A DNA stretch of 64,000 nucleotides from Nitrosopumilus sp. Its GTDB lineage: Archaea > Thermoproteota > Nitrososphaeria > Nitrososphaerales > Nitrosopumilaceae. This document shows, piece by piece, positions 32,264-42,623 of the stretch (its first letter is position 1; every line of letters begins with the position of its first letter). The translations under genes were made by a program, and so were the position numbers. The notes under the pieces are model-generated. The model saw nothing but the letters and a program-made list of their open reading frames with translations. It was not told the origin of the DNA and searched no databases. The stretch spans positions 168,670 through 232,669 of the forward strand of contig CBDBGZ010000005.1 in NCBI GenBank assembly GCA_965205425.1, in the 5' to 3' direction.

Positions 32264-33133
32264 TTACAAATCTCTAAATTTTACTAAATTGTAAAAATAT
32301 GATGCATTAGTCTCAATTGTTCCTTTTTTAGGGATTTTTTGCAATCCAACATTATTAGATTCTAAAGCAGCCTGTGCTGCACCACCAGCAAAGCATAGAG
32401 CCCACAAAAAGTCTTTTTCTTTTAACATGGTACAAGTAAAAGCAGAACAGAAAATATCCCCAACCCCAGTAGTATCATGAATATTTCGATTAGGTAAAGT
32501 GATAGAGTAAATCTTGTCTTTTACCAATAGAGAAACATCAGTTTTGTTTGTTAGTATTACATGTTCAATTCCTTTTTTTTGTAATGCCAACATCATTTCA
32601 TCAGAAGTTCCGTTTACAAGTTGATTTGATTCTTCAGGGTTTACCTTAATTGCATTTACCTCAGATAAATCAAGATCAGTCTTCTCTAAAACAACATTAT
32701 TTTGAGAATCTATCCTTCTCAAAAACCCTTGAGGATCAACAAAAAGAAAATTGGAATCATCCTTGATTTTTTTAAATGTATCATGGGAAAGTTCATGATA
32801 AATTGGACTAACAATATGTCCATCTGCATCAACATTTGAATATTCAATAGGCTCACATTCATTTTCAAGTTTTAACGTTCTATCTGAACCAGTAATAGAA
32901 ATAGAGAATTTGGTGGTATTTTTATCGGATTCAGAATTTTTAAAATTGATTTTTTGTTCAGTCAAATACTGTTTGGGAAAATCAGAACCAAACTTTGTAA
33001 ATAAATCCACATCAAATTTGAATTGCCTGGCAGTTATTCCACAATAACAAGCAGCGCCTCCAATTTGTTCATAATTATTTCCATCAATTGTTATGGTATC
33101 AATTGCACAGTGAGAGAAAAGAGCTAATTTCAT
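32264..33133 (-). CDS. PfkB-family carbohydrate kinase
   Basis: GGAACY, DPQG, DTTGVGDIF. Confidence 0.88.
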   Translation of the reverse strand: MKLALFSHCAIDTITIDGNNYEQIGGAACYCGITARQFKFDVDLFTKFGSDFPKQYLTEQKINFKNSESDKNTTKFSISITGSDRTLKLENECEPIEYSNVDADGHIVSPIYHELSHDTFKKIKDDSNFLFVDPQGFLRRIDSQNNVVLEKTDLDLSEVNAIKVNPEESNQLVNGTSDEMMLALQKKGIEHVILTNKTDVSLLVKDKIYSITLPNRNIHDTTGVGDIFCSAFTCTMLKEKDFLWALCFAGGAAQAALESNNVGLQKIPKKGTIETNASYFYNLVKFRDL

Positions 33134-33159
33134 TTTTCTTAATTTTATTTAGTATAGAT

Positions 33160-34591
33160 TTAGTTTTTTGCATTGGTTTCTGCTATACAATCATGACAAA
33201 TGATCTCGCCCTTAATTATCTCCACTTCTACTCCAGATCTTCAGTAGATGGGAAAGTAACTCAAGTTACACATTCTAGAAAATAATTATTTTTGTTATTT
33301 CTAAAGTAATGAATAATTATCTTTACAAAGAAATATTTGAGAATTTCAATTGATATTATTGGTTTGTGATTTTGTACATTAGTTTCTTCTGAGATAATCA
33401 AATTAGCAATTATCCATGCATTGTACAAAATCAAGGAATAGTAAAAATACAACAATCTTATGGATTGGTTTGAACTGGTGGTTTTTGGTCTGAACCTTCC
33501 CACACATGCATAACCTGTTTCAATCCCCCAACGTTTCTTGTAATCAGTTGGAATGTCCTGTATATTTTCAGATATTTCTTTTGGTGAAACGTTTGTTGCA
33601 AACACAGCATACTGATCAATAATATCTGATTTTTTTCTTGCATTTTTGTTTGGTAGAATAACTAGATTAAATGATTCTACATGTCCTGATGATGATTTTA
33701 TCGTGTATGGCGAGATTGATTTTCTATCTCCATTAACGTATTGTAAAATGGCATCTTTGATTCGAGAATTCTTTTTTGCAGGCATTAGAAATTTTAAATT
33801 CTTTTGTTTTATTTCTGAAATTGTTCCAGCTGTGAAAAACTCCCTATCCACTAGCAATAGTTTAATCTTGATTCCATTATTGATGCCATCAGAGAGTAAT
33901 TTACGCACAAAATCGGCATTTGATTTGTTGTCATACAAAGGATAACAACCTAATTGAGCCCTGATTCTTTTTTCAACGCACTGCATGGTGCAGTAACTCT
34001 CAAAATGAGTAGTACTGTTTTTTGATTTTGATTTTATTAAAGAATGGTTTGGCAATTTGTCATATCTTGGGATTAGATGTTTGTCAATTGCCACAGTAAC
34101 TGGTTGCTCCAATACTCCCAATTCTTGTAATTTTGATATGGTACTATCCAGTGAACGATGTAATTGAATTTGCATTGTTTTTTGTGATATTTTTGATATG
34201 ATTTTTCTCAACCATGAAACCAGTTGGAGAAGCATTATCTGATTCCATTGCCAGTCTCTTCAATCCAGATTCAGAATATGAATTTCCAAGACACAATGAC
34301 ATGATAGAATTATGTGCATCTGCATTGTGGAACCGTGAGTTATTTTTACTAGAGCATGGAAACAATAAGATATTGTACATTATTTTAGCGACAATATCAA
34401 ATGCTTTTGATAGTACTACACCTTGGTGTGTCATGGTATCAAATGAAGTACAATGCATATTTGATGGAGTGACATACTTTCATCAAGCTTTTTCTATCTG
34501 AATAATTTGAGAAAATGATCGTTATTTTTTGATCCGAATTGAGCACTTTCCTATCTACTGATCTTAGACAAGTATGGCATAAACCACGCAT
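33160..34591 (-). pseudogene. 35-aa CxxC...CxxC microprotein gene split by ISH3
   Basis: Removing the IS and one ATCTT gives MRGLCHTCLRSGVEVEIIKGEIICHDCIAETNAKN*. Confidence 0.65.
33242..34560 (-). mobile_element. ISH3-family IS, copy 2 (variant, 1319 bp)
   Basis: IRs CAGTAGAT(G/A)GGAAAGT; 5-bp TSD ATCTT; transposase ORFs 34144-34458 and 33261-34235. Confidence 0.92.
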
Positions 34592-34718
34592 GATGTATCA
34601 ATGAGATTTATTCGATCTAGAATTAAAACATGAGTATTTTTTCCTAAAATCTAGGCATAAATTAACAATTTTTAGGAAAATTCTACAAGAATATAAGTAG
34701 GCAAATTTGCTCATGTTC

Positions 34719-35006
34719 ATGCCACTTAAGCGTGCAAGTAGAGGTCGTACTAAAGGAGGAAAAGGTTCCTCAGGTGTTGTACAATGTACAAACTGCGGAC
34801 AAACTGTCCCAAAAGACAAGGCAAAGAAAGTTACATCAAAATTAAATTTGGTTGAACATACTTTGGCAAAAGAATTACGTGCACAAGGAGCATACATTGC
34901 ATCACCAACAGTTTTGAAACATTACTGCATTTCATGTGCAATTCACTTTAAGATTCTAAAAATTAGATCAGCAGACAATAGAAGAAAACGCGGTAAACTT
35001 CGTTAG
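34719..35006 (+). CDS. rps26e: 30S ribosomal protein S26e
   Basis: MPLKRASRGR, CTNC, VPKDKA, YCISCAIH. Confidence 0.95.
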   Translation: MPLKRASRGRTKGGKGSSGVVQCTNCGQTVPKDKAKKVTSKLNLVEHTLAKELRAQGAYIASPTVLKHYCISCAIHFKILKIRSADNRRKRGKLR

Positions 35007-35008
35007 TA

Positions 35009-35611
35009 TTATTCTTTAATATTTTTAGCAGTGTAAATCATTCTTTGAACTAGAGTTATTCCAGCAATAATTATCACAATGATTACGGCATATTCGATAA
35101 AACCCATAATTCCAATTATTGCAATTACCAATAGTCTCTCAGCTCTTTCCCCAATACCGATTCCTTGAAGTTTAATGTTAATAATATCAGATTTTGCTCT
35201 AGCATAGCTTACCAATAATGATAGAGTGATTGCAAGTAATACAAGATATGGTTCAGCATAGCCTCCTACTAAAATTCCTAAAAATATTGCAACTTCGGAT
35301 ATTTTATCAAACACTGAATCAAGATATTCGCCTTTTTTGGAAGTTTTTCCAGTAACTCTTGCAACTTGCCCATCGACCATATCAAAAAATCCAGAAACAA
35401 GTATCAAAATACCACCAATAATTAATCCAAACTCAATTCCCATTCCAAAAATTAATCCAAATTCAGCTCCCAATCCATAAACAACTGCAGAGACAAGAGC
35501 AAATCCCAATCCAACGAAAGTCCAAAAATTCGCAGACAATCCAGTAGCTACAAATCCTTTACCAATTTTTTCTAGAGTTGGACGCAAGGTTTCTCTTAGA
35601 TTATTTAACAC
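35009..35611 (-). CDS. CDP-alcohol phosphatidyltransferase
   Basis: DMVDGQVAR...G.YLDSVFD. Confidence 0.92.
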   Translation of the reverse strand: MLNNLRETLRPTLEKIGKGFVATGLSANFWTFVGLGFALVSAVVYGLGAEFGLIFGMGIEFGLIIGGILILVSGFFDMVDGQVARVTGKTSKKGEYLDSVFDKISEVAIFLGILVGGYAEPYLVLLAITLSLLVSYARAKSDIINIKLQGIGIGERAERLLVIAIIGIMGFIEYAVIIVIIIAGITLVQRMIYTAKNIKE

Positions 35612-35719
35612 GAGTTACACCCAAAATACCATCTAATAAAGTGAACAGGCGTAAAAACAAGGCAACAGAGGCTAAAAATCAATTAAATTAAAAAATTATC
35701 AAAAAACAAAGATACTGAA

Positions 35720-36595
35720 TTATTTGTTTTGCGATAAATTAATTGCAATTAAAGTAGAGATGATTTTGGCTGCCAATGAAGCAGTTGACCCATTATCATG
35801 ATAAGGGTTTAATTCAACAATATCTACACCAGTAACTTTTGTTTCTTCAAAAGTATGAATCATGTCAAATAATTCTCTAGAGGTAATCCCTACAGCTTCG
35901 GGGTTGCCAACACCAGGAGCAAATGCAGGATCTAAAACATCAAGATCAAAACTAGAATAAATGGAATCAAATGTAAATACATAGTCTTTTAGAAGTGCAG
36001 GTCCTTGTCCATCTCGGATTTGTTTATCTGAAATAGTTTTAATTTTATTTTCTGTTAAAAATTCCAATTCTTCTTTTACAAAAGCTCTAGCGCCCACATG
36101 TAAAATATTTTCAGCACCTCTCTCTTCAACTATTCTTCGTAAATATGATGCATGACTTAATTTAATATCTGCAAATTCATCACGTAAATCATAATGAGCA
36201 TCAAATACAACATATCCTGTTTCTTTTGGAAAACTAGTATAGGTACCATATGTGATAGAATGCTCACCACCTAAAATGAACAATTGTTTTTGTTTTGCAA
36301 CAAGCTCAGTTGTAATTTTTTTTACCATATCAATCATTTCAGATGCAACTACAGTATGTCGAGTATTTCCTAAATCCTCAATGTTTACAGTTTCTAAATC
36401 AATTCCAAGGTCGGGGTGGAAAATTTCAATATTATTAAAAGAATCACGAATAGAATCAGGTCCAAATCTACATCCAGATTTGTATGAATGAGTGGAATCA
36501 AAAGGAATTCCAAAGATTGTTGCAACAGGCCCAGAATCATCCTCAGAGGCAGTAATCAGAGGATTTTTGTTCATGTATAGATCAAGAAAGCTCAT
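35720..36595 (-). CDS. speB: Agmatinase
   Basis: GGEHS, DAHYD, DLDVLDP, VELNP. Confidence 0.92.
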   Translation of the reverse strand: MSFLDLYMNKNPLITASEDDSGPVATIFGIPFDSTHSYKSGCRFGPDSIRDSFNNIEIFHPDLGIDLETVNIEDLGNTRHTVVASEMIDMVKKITTELVAKQKQLFILGGEHSITYGTYTSFPKETGYVVFDAHYDLRDEFADIKLSHASYLRRIVEERGAENILHVGARAFVKEELEFLTENKIKTISDKQIRDGQGPALLKDYVFTFDSIYSSFDLDVLDPAFAPGVGNPEAVGITSRELFDMIHTFEETKVTGVDIVELNPYHDNGSTASLAAKIISTLIAINLSQNK

Positions 36596-36597
36596 TT

Positions 36598-38466
36598 TTA
36601 CACCATCAGTTTTGGTCTCTTTGAGAGATGCTTTGGTAAATTCAAACCAGAGAAAGGTTTTCCTTTAGTCTGCTCATTAAACTCAGATATAAAATCATCA
36701 AAAGATAATTCTCTCACATCACCTGTTTGTCTATCACGAATACTAAGATTTTGTGAATTTGCTTCTTTTTCACCAATAACTAGAATATATCGAATCCATT
36801 CTTTTTCAGCTTCACGAATTCTTTTGCCAATGCTTTCATTTTGGTCATCAATGTCAACACGAATGTTATTTGCAGAGATTTTATCACAAAGAGTCTCAGT
36901 AAAGTCATTAAATTCTTCCTTAAGAGGAATAATTCTAACTTGTGATGGAGCTAACCAAAGAGGGAATTGAGGTTTACGCCCCTCATAGGAATCTTTTGCA
37001 GCTTTTTCCAATAATGCATAAATTATTCTCTCAATTGCACCACTAGGAGAATTATGTAAAATTATTGGATGTTGTTTTGTGTTATTTTCATCAACAAAAT
37101 CAATTCCATAACGATCTCCATTTTCAACATCTATTTGATCAGTTGATAATGCTGATGCTTTTCCAAGACCATCAACAAAATTAAATTCCCATTTTAAAAC
37201 AAAATAAAAGAATTTTTCCATCCACATTTCAACTAAAACTGGACGTCCATGTTTCTTGACTAATTCTTCAACAGAGGATTTATTTTCATTGTAAAAATCT
37301 TCAGTAAATCTAATTGCCATATCATAATCAGAATCATTGATTCCAAGTTCTCTAAGAACACTTTGAGATAAATCAAAACGAATCTTAATTTCGTCAATTG
37401 CTTGTGGCATATCTTTGCAAAAAGCGTGACAATCAGGCATGGTAAATGCCCTTAGACGTCTTAAACCGACTAATTCACCAGATTGTTCTCTTCTAAAACT
37501 ATAACGGGTTAGTTCATAGAGTTTGTAGGGTAAATTCTTGTACGATAACTGATATTGATTTGCCATTAAAAATTGGCCAAAACAAGCAGCAAATCTCAAA
37601 AAGAGCTTTTTTCCTTCTGAATCAATATTGTATTGTCTTGCAGGAAATCGATTAAAGTAACTAACCATACTAGGATGTTCAGAGTCATACATAATTGGAG
37701 TTTCAACTTCATATCCCCCATATTCTTTTACTCTGTCAGAAACATAACGTTCAATCAAAGATTTTATCAAACGACCATTTGGATAGAATCTCATATTACC
37801 TGAATCAGATGCAGGTTCATAATCAGAGATGCCCATTTTTTTCATCAATGCAACATGAGGTGGAGGTTGGTCCACTTTACGAATTTTTGCAGATTCATAT
37901 TTTGCTAAAATTTCTAATTTAGGATAATTTGAAAAATCAAAATCACCAATGTTAGTCATTGTTCCATCAGGTGAAAGAATTTTCCAATAAGAACGAATTT
38001 TAGATTCTCCTTTGAGAGCATCAGAGGTGATCTCCTCATCAGGTTTTGAATCTGCTGAATCTTTTGTTACAACTTTAGAGCTTTCAGCAAGAGGATGTCC
38101 TTTTACTTGAATTTTATAAGATTTTGTCCAACCAAATGGAGAATGAGATACTTCAAGTTCAGATGCACCATCTTCCAGTTCTTTGAGCAATGTCATTGCA
38201 GTTGAAGGCTTTGCAAGATTTGAGCTAAGATGAGCATAAGGATATAGCAATAATTTTTTACATCCAATTTTTTCCATGGATGCTTTAATTTGAGAAATTG
38301 CATTTTGTGCCACTGAAGAATCATCACCATCTTCAATTGCAACAAATACAACTACAAGTTCTTCCAATAGAACCGTTTCAGGATTTTCAATATCCTCAGC
38401 AGATTTAATCTCCTTTTTGGTAGGAGTGTATTCTATATGATCACAGTGTAGTTGCAATATACGCAT
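36598..38466 (-). CDS. thrS: Threonyl-tRNA synthetase (archaeal editing domain)
   Basis: MRILQLHCD start, YPYAHLS, LRFAACFG, FRREQSGE, HNSPSGAIER. Confidence 0.96.
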   Translation of the reverse strand: MRILQLHCDHIEYTPTKKEIKSAEDIENPETVLLEELVVVFVAIEDGDDSSVAQNAISQIKASMEKIGCKKLLLYPYAHLSSNLAKPSTAMTLLKELEDGASELEVSHSPFGWTKSYKIQVKGHPLAESSKVVTKDSADSKPDEEITSDALKGESKIRSYWKILSPDGTMTNIGDFDFSNYPKLEILAKYESAKIRKVDQPPPHVALMKKMGISDYEPASDSGNMRFYPNGRLIKSLIERYVSDRVKEYGGYEVETPIMYDSEHPSMVSYFNRFPARQYNIDSEGKKLFLRFAACFGQFLMANQYQLSYKNLPYKLYELTRYSFRREQSGELVGLRRLRAFTMPDCHAFCKDMPQAIDEIKIRFDLSQSVLRELGINDSDYDMAIRFTEDFYNENKSSVEELVKKHGRPVLVEMWMEKFFYFVLKWEFNFVDGLGKASALSTDQIDVENGDRYGIDFVDENNTKQHPIILHNSPSGAIERIIYALLEKAAKDSYEGRKPQFPLWLAPSQVRIIPLKEEFNDFTETLCDKISANNIRVDIDDQNESIGKRIREAEKEWIRYILVIGEKEANSQNLSIRDRQTGDVRELSFDDFISEFNEQTKGKPFSGLNLPKHLSKRPKLMV

Positions 38467-38587
38467 GTTTAGAGATGTTAAATTGGGCATAAATATACGA
38501 TTCTCAAAAATAGAAAAATTCCTCAAATTATTGATAAATGAGAAGAATTTAGGTTGAAATTCAGTCTTAATCATCAAATGAAATTAT

Positions 38588-38788
38588 CCATGTGAATTGT
38601 TTTTATACATTTCCTCTCTTTCCATACATCAGGGCATGGCTTTCGCTAGAGAATGGTTTCAATCAAAAGATGGCAGACATGTATCCATACGAGACTATTC
38701 TCTCAATGCTATCTTCATCCTAGTTAGGATTATTCGCAGTTATCAGACGAGGCCTTGTCCCTCAAGCATTTTAACGCGACTTGCAGTC
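38588..38788 (-). ncRNA. Candidate IS110 bridge/seek RNA (non-coding region downstream of the recombinase)
   Basis: ~200-nt non-coding tract inside the element with stems and short matches to donor and target arms. Confidence 0.55.
38600..38614 (-). promoter_or_regulatory. BRE/TATA-like box at the IS110 right end (candidate circle-junction promoter)
   Basis: GGAAATG-TATAAAAA on the minus strand, 12 nt from the core. Confidence 0.45.
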
Positions 38789-39880
38789 CTAACTATAATT
38801 TTGCACAAATTCTCTCCTCTCCTTTAGCATCCAATAAATTACTCGCAGAATCTTTGATGCGCCAGCAACTGCATCTTTGGATGAACCTCTCTTCTTTTTA
38901 ATGCGATTATAAAATTTGGTAATGTCGCTGTTCTTGGTATGTATTGCATGGGTGTGTATGCATTCTGTTAGAACCCATCTCAATGTCATGCTTCCTCTCT
39001 TTGTAATTCTTCCATGATGTATTGTATCTGCAGAATTTCTCACCGATGGAACAATCCCTGCATATGCACATAACTTGCGAGAATTTGAAAATCTACTAAT
39101 CTCTGCAATTTCTGAGAATATGCTCAATGCAGTGTATGGTCCAACTCCAGGTATTGATGTCAAAATACACACATCAGGATTATCATTTACCATGCGACGT
39201 ATCATGGAATCTATTTTTGCAACCTCCTTTTTGTGAAATTTTATGCTTTGTAGGTACGAATCTATTCTATAACTCTCCAATTTTCCAAGTGCACGTATGT
39301 GTTCTGAGGAAAATGGTGTTGCTTTGATATGGATTCCCTCCTGTAGTGTAATACCATGTATGGAATTCTTCATCTTTACAATAATGCGCACAATCTTGTG
39401 TCGATGTCTTACAAGCTGTCTGTATTGCACAATTGTGTGATCTGGCACAAATGATTCTGCAATGTATCCTCCTCGTAGCAAATTTGCAAGATGGTACGCA
39501 TCAATTTTATCAGTCTTTTTGAGTGATGATGCTATTATCTTTGTGTTGTATGGATTAGATAGTATAACATCAAGATGTAATTTGTCTGTCATGTGTCTAT
39601 AAAGGCCATACCAGACAGATGATGACTCTAAAACATATTTTGCGTTCTTTGGAATTTTGGATGTAATTTTGCTAATAGCAGAAAAATCACTGGAAATCTT
39701 TTTGTTAAATAATAATTTGCCAATCTCATCTACTGCTGCCACCTGTACAGAGTTCTTGTGAACATCCAATCCTACAAACATCAAATATTTTTTTTCAGGA
39801 AGGGTAGTGTGTTTGTTTGCATTTCTTACTTTCTTGATACGAATGCAAGTACCATCTAATTTCCTAGCTGATTTTGGCAC
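38789..39880 (-). CDS. IS110 DEDD recombinase
   Basis: VGLDVHK, VLESS, KTDKIDA, SIPGVG, YAGIVPSVRNSA. Confidence 0.95.
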   Translation of the reverse strand: MPKSARKLDGTCIRIKKVRNANKHTTLPEKKYLMFVGLDVHKNSVQVAAVDEIGKLLFNKKISSDFSAISKITSKIPKNAKYVLESSSVWYGLYRHMTDKLHLDVILSNPYNTKIIASSLKKTDKIDAYHLANLLRGGYIAESFVPDHTIVQYRQLVRHRHKIVRIIVKMKNSIHGITLQEGIHIKATPFSSEHIRALGKLESYRIDSYLQSIKFHKKEVAKIDSMIRRMVNDNPDVCILTSIPGVGPYTALSIFSEIAEISRFSNSRKLCAYAGIVPSVRNSADTIHHGRITKRGSMTLRWVLTECIHTHAIHTKNSDITKFYNRIKKKRGSSKDAVAGASKILRVIYWMLKERREFVQNYS

Positions 39881-40083
39881 ATATGGTTATAGTTATTACA
39901 AAATAACAATTCATTATATTCTGATCAAGAAAAATCTCTATATCTTACAAATTCACATCCAAAGTAAAATTTTGGGCCACAGATAAAATTGGTAATCAAT
40001 GTCGAATTGCGTTAGGCGATTACCAAAATCCAGCTATTCCATGGCAATATTGATGCTTTGATTATTCTTTTAAAATAAAAAAA

Positions 40084-41494
40084 GTAACTGTCTAGAGTTT
40101 TGAAGTACTTTCTTTAATATTTTTTATCTATATCTTTTCTGATCAGTGACAAATTACAATATACAATTGTCAGTATATGATGAGCTGGAATATTATCGTA
40201 ACAGATGTCACTCGTTGGAGCAAGAAAACCGTCAGTTACGCAAAGATATTGAATCACTACACAGAGAAATTGCAGAACTAAAACAAACAGTGTCTACACT
40301 TGTTGCAAGAAATATCAAAGCAAAACCAAACCAGACTGAAACTGCAAAAAAGAAGAAAACATCAAGACATCCTAGAAAAAGCAGAAGCAGACGGGCACAC
40401 ATTGATGATGCCATTACAGTTGACCAAAAAGAGTGCAACACATGTGGCAAATCACTCTCAGAACCAACTGATTCATACACCAGAATAGTAGAAGACATCA
40501 TTCCTGCAAAAGCAGTTGTGACAAAATATACGATAGTTAGACGATACTGCACAAACTGCAAAAAACAAATCTCGGGTAACATTCACACTGTACTGTCAAA
40601 TGAAAGGTTTGGAATTAGGCTCATGGTGCTAATCACATCACTAAAAACTATCGGATTATCGTATGGTAAAATATCTCATCTTTTGCAGATGCTCTTCTCA
40701 CTGCACATTACAGAATCTGCAATTAATCATGCAGTATCAATAGTATCAAAAGCATTTGGGAGCAGATATGATACAATGATTGTAGAGTTAAAAGAAGATC
40801 TAAACATACATGGTGATGAGACAAGTTGGAGGATAGATGGCCAGAACCACTGGTTGTGGGCATTTGTGAGTAAATGGACTGTAATTTACGAGATTGACAA
40901 ATCACGTTCAATGGATGTTCCCAAGAGAATTCTCAAGGAGTATAATGGCAACATTACAAGTGATTCGTACCCTGCATGGAACCATGTTGGAACAACTCAC
41001 CAGAAATGTCACATCCATTATCTCAGAGAGGTTAATGATACCATTAATCACAAGAATCCCGGACCAGAATTTGCACCATTTGCCAAGAATCTCAAGAAAA
41101 TAATTTATGACTCTCATGGTGTGGCAAAAATAAAATCAGAATCAGAAAGAATCCATGCAAAAAAGAATCTTGAAAGGAGAATTAATCACATCATATCAAA
41201 AAAATACACAGAGAAAAACTGTATCAGGTTTGTAAAAAGATTGAAACGTGAGAGAAAAATGCTTTTTACATTCCTAATTACTGGAACTGATTCACACAAT
41301 AACACAGCAGAGAGGGCAATCAGACCAAATGTGATAATTCGTAAAATTACAAACGGTCATAGAACCATTCATGGTGCCGATTCTCATAAGATACTGATGA
41401 GTATAAAGGAGACATGCAGATTACGAGGATTAAACTTTCATGATTATTCTTTAGAATATCTTGGAGATTTTACTTCAAAACTCTAGACAGTTAC
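40084..41494 (+). mobile_element. IS66-family IS, TnpC-only (ISBst12-like)
   Basis: Perfect 24-bp IR GTAACTGTCTAGAGTTTTGAAGTA; 8-bp TSD TAAAAAAA. Confidence 0.93.
40146..41486 (+). CDS. IS66 transposase TnpC
   Basis: Coiled coil, CxxC pairs, HGDETSW, QKCHIHYLR, NNTAERAIR. Confidence 0.92.
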   Translation: MTNYNIQLSVYDELEYYRNRCHSLEQENRQLRKDIESLHREIAELKQTVSTLVARNIKAKPNQTETAKKKKTSRHPRKSRSRRAHIDDAITVDQKECNTCGKSLSEPTDSYTRIVEDIIPAKAVVTKYTIVRRYCTNCKKQISGNIHTVLSNERFGIRLMVLITSLKTIGLSYGKISHLLQMLFSLHITESAINHAVSIVSKAFGSRYDTMIVELKEDLNIHGDETSWRIDGQNHWLWAFVSKWTVIYEIDKSRSMDVPKRILKEYNGNITSDSYPAWNHVGTTHQKCHIHYLREVNDTINHKNPGPEFAPFAKNLKKIIYDSHGVAKIKSESERIHAKKNLERRINHIISKKYTEKNCIRFVKRLKRERKMLFTFLITGTDSHNNTAERAIRPNVIIRKITNGHRTIHGADSHKILMSIKETCRLRGLNFHDYSLEYLGDFTSKL

Positions 41495-41603
41495 TAAAAA
41501 AAGTGTTTTAAAATTGATTCAAGTAATTTAAAAAAAACCCATTGAGCCTATCACTGGTAATTCAATGGAAAGTTTTAGGTAGTATCCTATTTCTGATATA
41601 TCA

Positions 41604-42506
41604 TTGAAAGCAATTTTTGTATTGATAATTGTAGCTGGAATATTTGGATATGCCTGGTATGCTGATTTACTTCCATTTGGGTTTGAAAAATCTTCAACTG
41701 GTTTATCTCCTTCAATAGAAAAAATACAACAAATTTCTAACGTTGTCACTTCAGAGGAACACCAAATCATTTACTATTCATTTGAGGATGTACGCGATGT
41801 TCCAGATGAACAAATTCCTGTTAATGCATTAAAAAAAGCAATTGATTCGTGGGAAAAATCAAATCCTAATTTAGAATTTATACAATCTGAAAATTCTAAC
41901 ATTGAAATTAAATGGCAAAAATATGCTTCATCTACTCATACTGGTTTAGCAAAATGTAATTCTGTTCTCTTTGGAATTCTAAGTCATTGTGTATTAGAAA
42001 TTTCTATTGGTGCAGAAGATTGTAATTCTGATTTTGTTCAAAATGATGAAAACATGGTGGCAAATATTTTGATGCATGAAATTGGTCATGCATTGGGTCT
42101 AGGTCATACTAGTGAAGAAAATCATTTAATGTATTCTACAGAGTCTCCTGAAATACAATATGATACTCATGGATATCATATTCCAGTTAGATTTGAAGAA
42201 CTCTACGTTGGTCAAAATTTGTTATTGTTTAATGAAAAAGAATTAAAATCTCAAATAGAATTACTGGATACTAAAATTTCTAGAGAAGAATCCCAATATG
42301 ACGAATATTACAAACAATACGAATACTATGAAGAAAAAACTCTTTCTCCAAAAGAATATGAAAAAGCTGAAAAAGCATTTACAATATTAACTTCCCAGGG
42401 AGAAAAAATCAATGCGTTGATTACAGAACAAAATGAACTAATTGATCAAATAAATGAAATTGTAAATCAGTTAGGTTGTAATCCTAATTTTGATGTTACT
42501 TCTTAA
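41604..42506 (+). CDS. Matrixin (M10-like) Zn metalloprotease, membrane-anchored or secreted
   Basis: HEIGHALGLGH plus Met-turn LMY; N-terminal TM; C-terminal coiled coil. Confidence 0.88.
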   Translation: MKAIFVLIIVAGIFGYAWYADLLPFGFEKSSTGLSPSIEKIQQISNVVTSEEHQIIYYSFEDVRDVPDEQIPVNALKKAIDSWEKSNPNLEFIQSENSNIEIKWQKYASSTHTGLAKCNSVLFGILSHCVLEISIGAEDCNSDFVQNDENMVANILMHEIGHALGLGHTSEENHLMYSTESPEIQYDTHGYHIPVRFEELYVGQNLLLFNEKELKSQIELLDTKISREESQYDEYYKQYEYYEEKTLSPKEYEKAEKAFTILTSQGEKINALITEQNELIDQINEIVNQLGCNPNFDVTS

Positions 42507-42580
42507 CCAAATAACAGAACTAATCCTACAATTAATGCTGATACTGAAATTCCCATCCACACATAAAATTTTGTCATCAT
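42503..42580 (-). CDS. 25-aa single-TM peptide
   Basis: MMTKFYVWMGISVSALIVGLVLLFG. Confidence 0.4.
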   Translation of the reverse strand: MMTKFYVWMGISVSALIVGLVLLFG

Positions 42581-42623
42581 CGTAAATTGTTGATTTTCTC
42601 TGAAATTAATAGTTTAAAATTGA

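Larger units (their letters stand above)
38584..39896 (-). mobile_element. IS110-family element, copy 1 (intact)
   Basis: Identity with 58254-61686; TTAT core at both ends; no clear terminal IR. Confidence 0.9.

Noticed and set aside
38467..38577. N-terminal extension of ThrS in the ORF track
   Set aside because: Archaeal ThrS begins MRILQLH at 38466; the extension is AT-rich intergenic sequence
38597..38827. 76-aa plus-strand ORF in the IS110 end
   Set aside because: Antisense to the non-coding region, no recognisable motif; better explained as RNA structure
38588..39892. IS1111-type subterminal inverted repeats
   Set aside because: Only a weak CCAT(AT)GTG / CACATGG match; not enough to assign the subgroup
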